Positions 25,863-34,007 of a stretch of 64,000 nucleotides of DNA are shown here, piece by piece. The stretch covers positions 103,482 through 167,481 of the IMG/VR virus record IMGVR_UViG_3300031788_000002. One strand, 5' to 3'. Both the position numbers and the translations under genes were made by a program. Numbering within the stretch: the first letter of the stretch is position 1; every line of letters begins with the position of its first letter. Below the pieces are notes generated by a model. That model ran no database searches and had not been told where the DNA came from. It saw only the letters and a program-made list of their open reading frames with translations. The stretch comes from a virus.

Positions 25863-26984
25863 ATGGCATCGGCACGGCAAGTCAACGATCTGTTCAACAC
25901 ACGCCTCGGCGAACCCGGGGGCAAAGAAAAGCTCGCCCAGTTTGGCGGCTCTTACATTCGCGATCGTCTTCGCGAGGTTTCGTTCGTTCGCAAGATCGTG
26001 CCCCCGGAGCAGGTTACGCGTACGGACTGCCAGCGTTCAACGCGGCATGACACGCTGGTCAAGATCGTCGACATCGAGCCCAAGAGCCGGGCCATGGCGA
26101 TCAGCTTCCGGGGACAGCCCACGGCCCGGTTTATCCGGGGTGAGCGCGCCGAGGTAGCTTTCTTCACGATCAGCTCGGAGGTCTTTCAGAAGACCGAACA
26201 AGAGCTACTAGCGTATGAGATGCCCATCACCAAGATCATCGAGGAGAATTCGGTGAAGGACATCCAGGAGATCGAGGATCGCGAGTTCGTCATCCATATC
26301 GAAGCCGCGGTTCAGGCGCTTCAGCAGGAAGCCAACGGTGGAACGATCGTGTCGTTGAACGCTTCAGCTCTTCAAGGCAGTGCGCCTCCGGTCGAGTTCT
26401 CGGTTCGTAAGGGGGAGCTTGCGCGCGCCGCCAATACGAACGACGCGGTAATCCGCCCGGTTCAGCGCAAGGACATCGTGGAGGGCTTCAAGATCATCGA
26501 CGGAAGACGCCTGCGGTGCGCACGCTTCCTTCTGACCGAAACTGACTTCGACGATGTCCTGTCCTGGACCGTGGAAGACACCGGCGATCGGATTCAGTCG
26601 GAGACCACCGTCGACGGGTACAAGTACAATTTGCTCGTGGGCCGCCCGTACATCCGGACTGTGAAGACCGACATCCTGCGCCGTGGGAACATCTACTTCT
26701 TCGCGGAACCCGAGTTCTTCGGGAAGTTCTACGTGCTTAACCAGACCAAGTTCTACATCGACAAGGTCGCCAACACGATCACCTTCCAGGCATGGGAGGA
26801 CATCGCGATGGCGGTCATCAACATCGCCAGCGTTGGCAAGATCGAGCTCTACTCGGCGGACGCTACGGCCAACGATGAGGACACGCTGCTCGACAACTTC
26901 ATTCCGGTGGCTGAGGATAGCCTTGGCGCCATCAACAACCGCGTGAACGAAGGGCTCAAATTCCCCCAGATCGTCGCCAATTAA
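25863..26984 (+). CDS. major capsid protein (HK97 fold)
   Basis: AAAGGAG SD, strongly C/G-ending codons, 373 aa, YIRDRLREVSFVRKIVPP motif, position after protease/scaffold, strong terminator downstream. Confidence 0.82.
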   Translation: MASARQVNDLFNTRLGEPGGKEKLAQFGGSYIRDRLREVSFVRKIVPPEQVTRTDCQRSTRHDTLVKIVDIEPKSRAMAISFRGQPTARFIRGERAEVAFFTISSEVFQKTEQELLAYEMPITKIIEENSVKDIQEIEDREFVIHIEAAVQALQQEANGGTIVSLNASALQGSAPPVEFSVRKGELARAANTNDAVIRPVQRKDIVEGFKIIDGRRLRCARFLLTETDFDDVLSWTVEDTGDRIQSETTVDGYKYNLLVGRPYIRTVKTDILRRGNIYFFAEPEFFGKFYVLNQTKFYIDKVANTITFQAWEDIAMAVINIASVGKIELYSADATANDEDTLLDNFIPVAEDSLGAINNRVNEGLKFPQIVAN

Positions 26985-27020
26985 CCTGAGGGAACTCGCG
27001 TAGTTCTGTCGGCCCGGATT

Positions 27021-27057
27021 AAGAGGGCACCGGCGCCGGTCGTCGGTGTCCTCTTTT
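27021..27057 (+). terminator. rho-independent terminator after MCP
   Basis: AAGAGGGCACCGGCG-ccggt-CGTCGGTGTCCTCTT stem followed by T run. Confidence 0.75.
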
Positions 27058-27065
27058 GCGTTTCA

Positions 27066-27074
27066 AGGTAGGCT
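27066..27074 (+). promoter_or_regulatory. -10-like element (aggTAGGCT) 6 nt before ATG
   Basis: Directly after the terminator; no SD before ATG 27081. Confidence 0.5.
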
Positions 27075-27080
27075 ACGATC

Positions 27081-27575
27081 ATGCCGCAAGATGTGTTTTT
27101 CATTTTCAATACCACCCGGTCGATTCACACCGGCTCTGTGCGCCGGGCACTGCTGGGTCCTGAGAGCAGCACCAAAAACCTTTTCTTGGCGGGGGGTCTG
27201 GTCCGTGTTGTTCGGGGCCGCCCCTCTCCGGTAACCGGCGACTTTCTTCGAAAGCACATTCATGAAGTGCAAGACAAGGAGCGCAAGGGACTGGTGCGCG
27301 TGTACAACGCCCGAAGCCAACGGGTGGATCTGACAACCCTCGCGGCGGTTACCGAAGACGCTCTGCGAGAAGACGCAACCCTCGAGGACGTTGTGCCTCC
27401 TGAGGTACCTGAAGTACCCACGGAAGAAGGGCTTACTTCTACCCAGGAAGTCGCCGTGGATACGGCGGAGCTTTCGGTCGAGGAAATTTTTGAAGAAGGC
27501 ACGACGGAAACTACACCCGTTGCGTCAGAAGAAGTGCACACGAGCGCGGGCAGTCGACGGCGTCGACGAGGGTAA
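27081..27575 (+). CDS. hypothetical protein with acidic tail
   Basis: 164-aa ORF. Confidence 0.65.
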   Translation: MPQDVFFIFNTTRSIHTGSVRRALLGPESSTKNLFLAGGLVRVVRGRPSPVTGDFLRKHIHEVQDKERKGLVRVYNARSQRVDLTTLAAVTEDALREDATLEDVVPPEVPEVPTEEGLTSTQEVAVDTAELSVEEIFEEGTTETTPVASEEVHTSAGSRRRRRG

Positions 27576-27580
27576 GCGCT

Positions 27581-28096
27581 ATGGCCAACGGTGAAAAGCT
27601 GCAGGGCGTTCAGGCGATGAGCCAAACGATGCAGGCGTTTGTTCAGACTGTGCGGCTTTTTACGCGGGATCACCCTCAGCTCAATCGTTTACTGACCGGG
27701 GAAGAGTCCACGGATCGCATCATTGCGTGGGCAGTGATGGACGCCCTTTCGGATTTCAATGGGACGCCCCCTTTTTTGGGAGCGTTCAGCCTTGAAGATT
27801 TGCTTCAATGGCATCAACAGGCGCTGCTCACACGCATGACCACGTGTTCGCTGCTTGAGTCCGTAGGGCTCCTTCAAACGCGAAACCACATCAATTATTC
27901 AAACGGCGGCATCAACGTAGGCGTGAACGATAAAACGCCGCTCATCATGAACTGGCTCCAGTACTTCAAAGGGACGACGGAGCAGATGAAGCAGCGGGTT
28001 AAGGTCTCGCTGAACATCGGGCAGATTATCGGCCCCATGAACACCGGTTTGCATTCAGAACTCTGGAGTGTGAACGCTTCGTACCTCAGTTACTAG
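27581..28096 (+). CDS. putative head-tail adaptor/neck protein
   Basis: 171-aa helical protein after MCP; INYSNGGINV segment typical of connector proteins. Confidence 0.55.
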   Translation: MANGEKLQGVQAMSQTMQAFVQTVRLFTRDHPQLNRLLTGEESTDRIIAWAVMDALSDFNGTPPFLGAFSLEDLLQWHQQALLTRMTTCSLLESVGLLQTRNHINYSNGGINVGVNDKTPLIMNWLQYFKGTTEQMKQRVKVSLNIGQIIGPMNTGLHSELWSVNASYLSY

Positions 28097-28127
28097 TGGT
28101 AGAGTTTGCATTACCTAAGGAGCACCC

Positions 28128-28583
28128 GTGTCTCTTCATACCTATGAGTTCGACAACCTAAAGGACATGGAGTTCTTCCTTCAGGGAGGGGTTTCGGGCG
28201 GTAAAGAGGTTGTTACCCAAAACGGGCGCATCTACGGGTTGAACGGTTCGACCCTGATCTTTACGTTGCCCGCAGGCACGGTACAGTTCTCTGATGTTTT
28301 GGAGCAGGGGCTGACGTTCCAGCAGATTTCTCAGCAGATCGCTGCTGTACTCCCGGCGCTCGCCACCTTTTGGCGCGACAAGTACATTCACATCCTGCAG
28401 AAAGCATTGGGGGGTGGGATTTCCCTGAGTAAGAGTGGAACCGCGAATCCTTTCTTCGGGTTCAGCTCCGCAACGGACGCGATCGGTACCTTGTTCAACG
28501 GTCCTTCGGGGGCTACGCCGCGCTACATCGACAGTAGTGGTAAAGCACGGCTCGAGGGCTACTACGTGGTAGTGGAGTTCTAA
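28128..28583 (+). CDS. hypothetical virion protein
   Basis: AAGGAG SD plus GTG. Confidence 0.65.
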   Translation: MSLHTYEFDNLKDMEFFLQGGVSGGKEVVTQNGRIYGLNGSTLIFTLPAGTVQFSDVLEQGLTFQQISQQIAAVLPALATFWRDKYIHILQKALGGGISLSKSGTANPFFGFSSATDAIGTLFNGPSGATPRYIDSSGKARLEGYYVVVEF

Positions 28584-30863
28584 ATGACGAACAGTTTTGA
28601 GCGAGCGCTTTTCGGCGAAGACGCGCAGATCCCCCTCCACATGGCAAGTGCTTACTTCGTGTCCATGAAGCAGCCCCTTCAGGTCAAGGTGGCGCGCGTT
28701 TCGACGAAGACCGCAGGGTGGCAAGACGCGCCGGATGAGACCGGGCTTCTCGAAGGGCAATTTGAAGTACCCCTCGAGTTCGCGGTGCAGCTTATGGGTA
28801 CGTGCGCCATGCACTTGCTACGGCTGATGACCGCAGGGCTCATCTACTCGAAAAGCATTCGAGGCCCCTACGCCGGTGAAGTTCTACGCGTCATTTGTGA
28901 CACGGAGTGGGATCACAAGAACGCCTTTCAGTATTTGGTGGAGCGCATGGCGGTCTTGGCCGGTGCACCGCACATCCCAGAATCGGAGATGCCCCCGTCG
29001 AGTACCGATCCTCTCGCGGTAGCGCAACGTATGATCCGCGCTGAACAAGAAATGATTCAGAGCTATCACGAGTTGTGCGCAGTCCTCGGGCACAACCCGA
29101 TGAAGTTCAAGATCAAGTCGTACATGGGCGAATGCCAGGCCCACTTGGATAAGTATTGGCGGGCACTGCCACCCGAGTATGGGAACAAGCCTATGATTCC
29201 TACGCCGCCCGTGATGCTCGAGCGGCACGAGGAAAATGAGACCCCCGAACAAGAGGCCATCGAAAGCCCCGAGTTTCAACAGGCGGAAGAAGCCGCGGGC
29301 GTCGAACAACCTGGTGAAGACGAAGGGGCCGAGGATCAAGAGCTCCCTGAAGGTGGGGAGGACACGCCGCAAGAAGCGTCGGAGGCGCCTTCGGAAGAAG
29401 CTGTAGAGGAACCCGCACCGCCAGACCAAAAGACAGCCAGTGGTTTTTCCAAGGTCGCTGCCTTGATGGCGAAGTGGGCCAAGGAGAACGCAACCGATGC
29501 AGAGCTCAAAGAGACCGGGCGGCAGCGGGCGGTGACCACCATTTCTGCGGAGCACCACCGGGAGTCCGCGCGCCGCGGGGAGCGGGCAGGGCGAACCCTC
29601 GGTATGTTAGGGGGTGCAGCGGCCGGGGGCGTGCTTGGGCATGCGCTCGGTAAAGGCCATCCGATGGCGACGCTAGGGGGCGCCGCTCTGGGTGGCGCCG
29701 CGGGCCATCGGGTGGGGGGTGAGCTCGGAACCGAGGCGGACATTGCGCGGCACAAGAAGGCGAACATCGCCAAGTTGGCTATGCGCATGGTGCGTTCTTT
29801 AACGAAGACCGCTGATGAGCTTCAGGGCATCCCCGATGCGGAAGCCCCCATGGCTTCCCCGACCGATGATCCGGAGCTGACCCCGGTCAATTACCTGCAA
29901 GCCGAGCAAGTGGGGCAACAGTTTCAGGATCGAAACGAGGCCAACTTCTACCGTTCGAAGCTGCACGCGACCGAGCAGCAGGTGGCGCAAGCGCAGCAAG
30001 AAGCGCAAATGCAGGTGCAGCAGATGCAGCAGGCGGCGGCTCAAGCTCAGGCTGATGCCGCCTCGGCAGCGCCGCGCATCAAGTCCGCGCTTGATGAAGC
30101 GGTCAACGCCAAGAACGACGCGCTCAAGCAAATGGAGACCGCGTCGCGCATGCGGATCGCGCAGCAGAACCTACGCATGCAATTGATGGAGTTGGCATCC
30201 CAAGATCCCGATGCCCAAGCCGCCATGGATTTGGCGCAAAGTACGGGGCAGGGAACGCCCATGGGCACACCGCTCGGAACGGTGCCCCCGGCCGCTCCCG
30301 ATGCTGGCTTAAATGCGGGCCCACCGCAGCCTCCGGCTCAAGGGGATTCGGGTGGGGGCCCCCCGGGGGGGCCCGCCGGCGCGGCCCCTGATGCGCAAAC
30401 CGCCCCTGGCGCGGCGCCGCCCGCGGGGTCGCCTGACATGAATGCCACTGCGGGCGGCCCGCCGGGGCCTGACCCGTCCATGGCCCAAAGCCTGACGCAG
30501 GTGGGAAAGACGGCGTCGGTGCTTCGTCGCGGGTTGCAGAAGCACGCAGCGCTCGGCGGCGCTTTGCTGGGCGGCTTGGTGGGCGGTGCGGACCAAGCCT
30601 ACCGAACCCATCAGGGAATTCAGGGGGGCCTTGACCCGGTGCAAAGCCGCATTGACGCCCTGATGGGAAGCCAAGACGGCAGCTATGGCAGCGCCGCCGC
30701 CTTGGCCATGGCTAAGACCCAGTTGGCTCAGCGGGAGCTGGCCTTGGCGCATCCGACCCAGGCCATGCTGCGCAATACAGGGAAGGGCGCTGTGCAAGGG
30801 GCGCTGCTCGGCAGCGGTATCGAGGACAAGGGCCGCCAACTTCAACGACTGCTGACGCAGTAG
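28584..30863 (+). CDS. multi-segment head protein: ferritin-like domain, glycine zippers, Q/P-rich linkers
   Basis: EWDH...LVERMAVLAGAP...AEQEMIQSY...ECQAH four-helix pattern; KxA-delimited segments. Confidence 0.72.
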   Translation: MTNSFERALFGEDAQIPLHMASAYFVSMKQPLQVKVARVSTKTAGWQDAPDETGLLEGQFEVPLEFAVQLMGTCAMHLLRLMTAGLIYSKSIRGPYAGEVLRVICDTEWDHKNAFQYLVERMAVLAGAPHIPESEMPPSSTDPLAVAQRMIRAEQEMIQSYHELCAVLGHNPMKFKIKSYMGECQAHLDKYWRALPPEYGNKPMIPTPPVMLERHEENETPEQEAIESPEFQQAEEAAGVEQPGEDEGAEDQELPEGGEDTPQEASEAPSEEAVEEPAPPDQKTASGFSKVAALMAKWAKENATDAELKETGRQRAVTTISAEHHRESARRGERAGRTLGMLGGAAAGGVLGHALGKGHPMATLGGAALGGAAGHRVGGELGTEADIARHKKANIAKLAMRMVRSLTKTADELQGIPDAEAPMASPTDDPELTPVNYLQAEQVGQQFQDRNEANFYRSKLHATEQQVAQAQQEAQMQVQQMQQAAAQAQADAASAAPRIKSALDEAVNAKNDALKQMETASRMRIAQQNLRMQLMELASQDPDAQAAMDLAQSTGQGTPMGTPLGTVPPAAPDAGLNAGPPQPPAQGDSGGGPPGGPAGAAPDAQTAPGAAPPAGSPDMNATAGGPPGPDPSMAQSLTQVGKTASVLRRGLQKHAALGGALLGGLVGGADQAYRTHQGIQGGLDPVQSRIDALMGSQDGSYGSAAALAMAKTQLAQRELALAHPTQAMLRNTGKGAVQGALLGSGIEDKGRQLQRLLTQ

Positions 30864-30872
30864 GAGACCATC

Positions 30873-31754
30873 ATGCTGGATGCATTTCTGAACGTGTTGG
30901 TGAAGAAAGCTTCGGACAAGAAAACCGAAGATGAGTTGACGGCGCATCTGACGCGCTTGCCTCTGAACGAGATTCAAAAGATTGCGCGGCTGGGCTCGGT
31001 TAAGAAGGCATTCTGCGGCGACGGTGACGATGGGAAGTGGCTCGCGCGCTACGAAGACACGGCGCTGTATGAGAAAGCGTTGGCGCTTGAGGAAGAGCTG
31101 CTCAAGATCGAAGCGCAGCGCATTGAGCGTCGGTTGAAGCCGGAACCCGAGATCGACAACCTCTATGCCCAAGAGGACATGGTTCGGTTGAAGAAGCGGC
31201 AACTGGACCTCGAGTTGTCCAAGCTGCGCGCGGGGGGCGAGGCGGAGCCGGCGGCAAACGATCTGGAAGAAGAAAACGATCTGGAAGAAGAGGAAGAGCC
31301 GGCAGCGGAAGACGGAAGCATGAAGTCCGCGCATTTGGCCTTCGTGCGTAAGCTGGCGGCGTGCTCGGATCCCACCCAGGGGCTGAAGGCGCCCGCGGTA
31401 AAGCGACCCCCGGTTCCTTCGATGGCCGTGAAGACAGCGAGTGTCCTGCGCCCCTTTCTTCCGGCCTTCCCAGGACTGCCCAAGGAAGCGTGCTTCGATC
31501 TGGCGGGGCGAGCGTTGGCGCACGCAGAGGCACAGCAAGCATCTTTGCGCGCCAAGCATGCGGGCATCGGCGGCGCTATCAAGGGCGCGCTGCGCGAAGG
31601 GGCCATTCAAGGGGGTACGGGTGCAGCCGGGGGCGCCCTTGGAGGCGCATTGTTTGGTGGTGTTGGGGCTTTACCCGGGGCTGCCATCGGAGGCGCCGGC
31701 GGCGCTATCAACGGTATTATTTCAGGCGCAGCCAAAGGTTTTAACGACAAGTAG
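30873..31754 (+). CDS. head-associated protein ending in a glycine zipper
   Basis: AGGAG SD; KHA followed by GIGGAIKG...GGALFGGVGALPGAAIGG. Confidence 0.72.
   Translation: MLDAFLNVLVKKASDKKTEDELTAHLTRLPLNEIQKIARLGSVKKAFCGDGDDGKWLARYEDTALYEKALALEEELLKIEAQRIERRLKPEPEIDNLYAQEDMVRLKKRQLDLELSKLRAGGEAEPAANDLEEENDLEEEEEPAAEDGSMKSAHLAFVRKLAACSDPTQGLKAPAVKRPPVPSMAVKTASVLRPFLPAFPGLPKEACFDLAGRALAHAEAQQASLRAKHAGIGGAIKGALREGAIQGGTGAAGGALGGALFGGVGALPGAAIGGAGGAINGIISGAAKGFNDK
31256..31291 (+). repeat. perfect 18-bp tandem duplication (AAACGATCTGGAAGAAGA x2)
   Basis: Read directly from sequence; encodes NDLEEE twice. Confidence 0.85.
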
Positions 31755-31764
31755 GGCTCCCTAA

Positions 31765-32667
31765 ATGCCGGGTTTGGCGATTACTAAAGCGCGCGTTCTG
31801 TCGTTGTCCCTCGACTACAACCAGTTAACTTGGGAAGTCGGAGATACAGCGGAAGACCTTCTTGATTACACCTTTCTTGTTCTGCGCGCTGAGTCCGCCT
31901 CGGGCCCCTTCGACCCCATTTCGCAGGAGCTCGAAGACGCGTTCTTGTTCATCGACAACCTGGTCAAGGTTGGGAATATCTACCGGCAGTACCACTACAA
32001 GATCCAGATCCGTAATAAGCAAACCGGGGAAGTTAAGCTTTACGGACCCTACGCTAAGACCCCCGAGCCGACGCTCATCGCTCAGGAATTGCGGCTGCAT
32101 CTGAACCTGCTGATGCACGAGTTCATCGGGCGCCGCTGTTGGCTTTTACCCGTGCGTACGTTTGGGCAGCGTTGTGCAGATTGCTGGAACCCCCGCCTTC
32201 AAAAGCGGAAGTTCAGTGGTTGTCGTAGCTGCTTCGATACGTCGTTTGTACGGGGGTACCACAAGCCTATTGAAATTTGGGTCAGCATTGATCCAACACC
32301 GGCCAATCAACAGCCGACCAACTCGGGTAAGCTTCAGCAGCAATCCACCACAGGGCGCATGTCGTTTTACCCACCGGTAAAACCCGATGACGTGCTGGTT
32401 GAACCCGAGAATATTCGGTGGACCGTGCGTACTATTTCCACCACGCAAGAACAGCGCGCGGTGGTGACGCAAGAGCTTCAGATGCGGCGTGCTGAGACGA
32501 CGGACATGGAGTACCTCATCCCCTTGGATTTGGGGGCGCCCATGCAAGACTTGTTTTATACCCCTGCTCGCAATTACACGAACCCGACCACACTGACGGA
32601 TTTGCCTAAAGACGACATCGACTTCGAGGGGATCTATTCCCTGTACCCCCCGTGGTACGGTCGTTAG
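31765..32667 (+). CDS. putative neck/head-closure protein with Zn motif
   Basis: N-terminal FN3-like beta pattern; CADC...CRSC; position between head and tail genes. Confidence 0.55.
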   Translation: MPGLAITKARVLSLSLDYNQLTWEVGDTAEDLLDYTFLVLRAESASGPFDPISQELEDAFLFIDNLVKVGNIYRQYHYKIQIRNKQTGEVKLYGPYAKTPEPTLIAQELRLHLNLLMHEFIGRRCWLLPVRTFGQRCADCWNPRLQKRKFSGCRSCFDTSFVRGYHKPIEIWVSIDPTPANQQPTNSGKLQQQSTTGRMSFYPPVKPDDVLVEPENIRWTVRTISTTQEQRAVVTQELQMRRAETTDMEYLIPLDLGAPMQDLFYTPARNYTNPTTLTDLPKDDIDFEGIYSLYPPWYGR

Positions 32668-33075
32668 GTGATGAACGAGCTTTTCTACGCTGCTTTCGCT
32701 GATGAGCTCGTGAAGATTGCCGAGGCGGATGCCGTAACAGACGCTGCGTCGGCGGTGAATGAAGGGCAAACGCCACCCCCTTATCGAGAACACCCGGCGT
32801 TGACGCTGGCGAAGGGGGTCGGTGGCTACGCCCTTGGCGCGGGGGCAGGGTACGTGGGTATGCACGGCCTGAACCGCGGTATCCAGGCGTTGGGGGGTGA
32901 TGGGTTACCCCTCGCCGTAATGAAATACGGCCCCCCGGTAGCGGCGGGCGCCGCGGGTCTTGGGTTTGGGTTGTTGCAGCACCGTATGATGGATCGTCTA
33001 AAGAAGTCGGGGGCACCCCCGCAGAACCCCCTGACGGAGCCACACGGTGGACTCGATCAAGACCCCGAAATTTGA
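32668..33075 (+). CDS. small glycine-zipper protein with N-terminal AFADELVKIA leader
   Basis: KIA at about residue 16-18, then two GxxxG helices. Confidence 0.65.
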   Translation: MMNELFYAAFADELVKIAEADAVTDAASAVNEGQTPPPYREHPALTLAKGVGGYALGAGAGYVGMHGLNRGIQALGGDGLPLAVMKYGPPVAAGAAGLGFGLLQHRMMDRLKKSGAPPQNPLTEPHGGLDQDPEI

Positions 33076-33928
33076 GGACACGAGCGCCTTTCCCGGAAGC
33101 TTCAAGTACACCCCGCTCGAAGCCCTAAGAAACCTATTCGTCGGGTTCATGCAGGGCTTGTTCAATGCAGCGCCCCCAGGGGCGTATCACTGGGATCCCG
33201 ACCCGGCGACCACGGACATCATCATTCAGGATGAAGCGCCGGTAAAGACTGAGGTGATGCAGCGCCGACCGCTCATCACGCTGACCCGGGGACCCATCCA
33301 GTTCTATTCCTTTGGAATGGACGATTTGCTTCAGTACGACGCGGCCATCAATCGTAAGACCAAGAGCATCTTGGCGACGGGTACGATGACGATCAATTGT
33401 TGTTCGCGCGTACCGCTTGAGGTCGAGAATATTGGCTGGGTTGTAGCGGAGCACATCTGGCTTTTGCGCGACCTTCTTCTACAGCACGGCTTGTTCGATA
33501 CGGGGCGCCAGATTCAGCTGGGGTCGCCCTCTCCCGCAGGGTCTATTATTGCGGATGACAATGGGGATACGTGGACGGCAGTAGCCATCAGTGTACCGTT
33601 TCAATTTGTGCGTACGAGTGCGTTTACACCCCTCGGAAAGCAGATCGTTCAAAGCATCGAGCACCGCATGCGCACGCAATTTCCGGCGCCTACTACCGTG
33701 GGGGGTCCCCCGCCGTACAACGGGTTTGACCGTCCGTTTGCCGTGCATCCGGTACCCGTGCCGCCTCTTATCAATGCCCCCGATGCCCACGGGGGTACGG
33801 CTACGTTTTCGAACAGGCCCACCTTTCTGCCAAAGCAGCGGCACCCCCTCGACCCGACGCGGGAAGTGTACGTACGAACGGTGCGCCCCTTCCGTGCGGG
33901 TAGCCTGCAGCTACCCTCTTCTCTGTAG
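33047..33928 (+). CDS. putative tail terminator/completion protein
   Basis: RPLITLTRG motif; position directly before sheath. Confidence 0.5.
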   Translation: MDSIKTPKFEDTSAFPGSFKYTPLEALRNLFVGFMQGLFNAAPPGAYHWDPDPATTDIIIQDEAPVKTEVMQRRPLITLTRGPIQFYSFGMDDLLQYDAAINRKTKSILATGTMTINCCSRVPLEVENIGWVVAEHIWLLRDLLLQHGLFDTGRQIQLGSPSPAGSIIADDNGDTWTAVAISVPFQFVRTSAFTPLGKQIVQSIEHRMRTQFPAPTTVGGPPPYNGFDRPFAVHPVPVPPLINAPDAHGGTATFSNRPTFLPKQRHPLDPTREVYVRTVRPFRAGSLQLPSSL

Positions 33929-34007
33929 TGCAATTCCCATACACGCGCGCCGCGTGGAAGAATCGCTGAAGTAGCAGAGCACTTACGCATCCAAAGGAGC
34001 GCGCTAC

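Noticed and set aside
28584-30863. Encapsulin nanocompartment with ferritin cargo
   Set aside because: The HK97-fold gene sits in a full phage morphogenesis module, and the ferritin-like ligands are degenerate.
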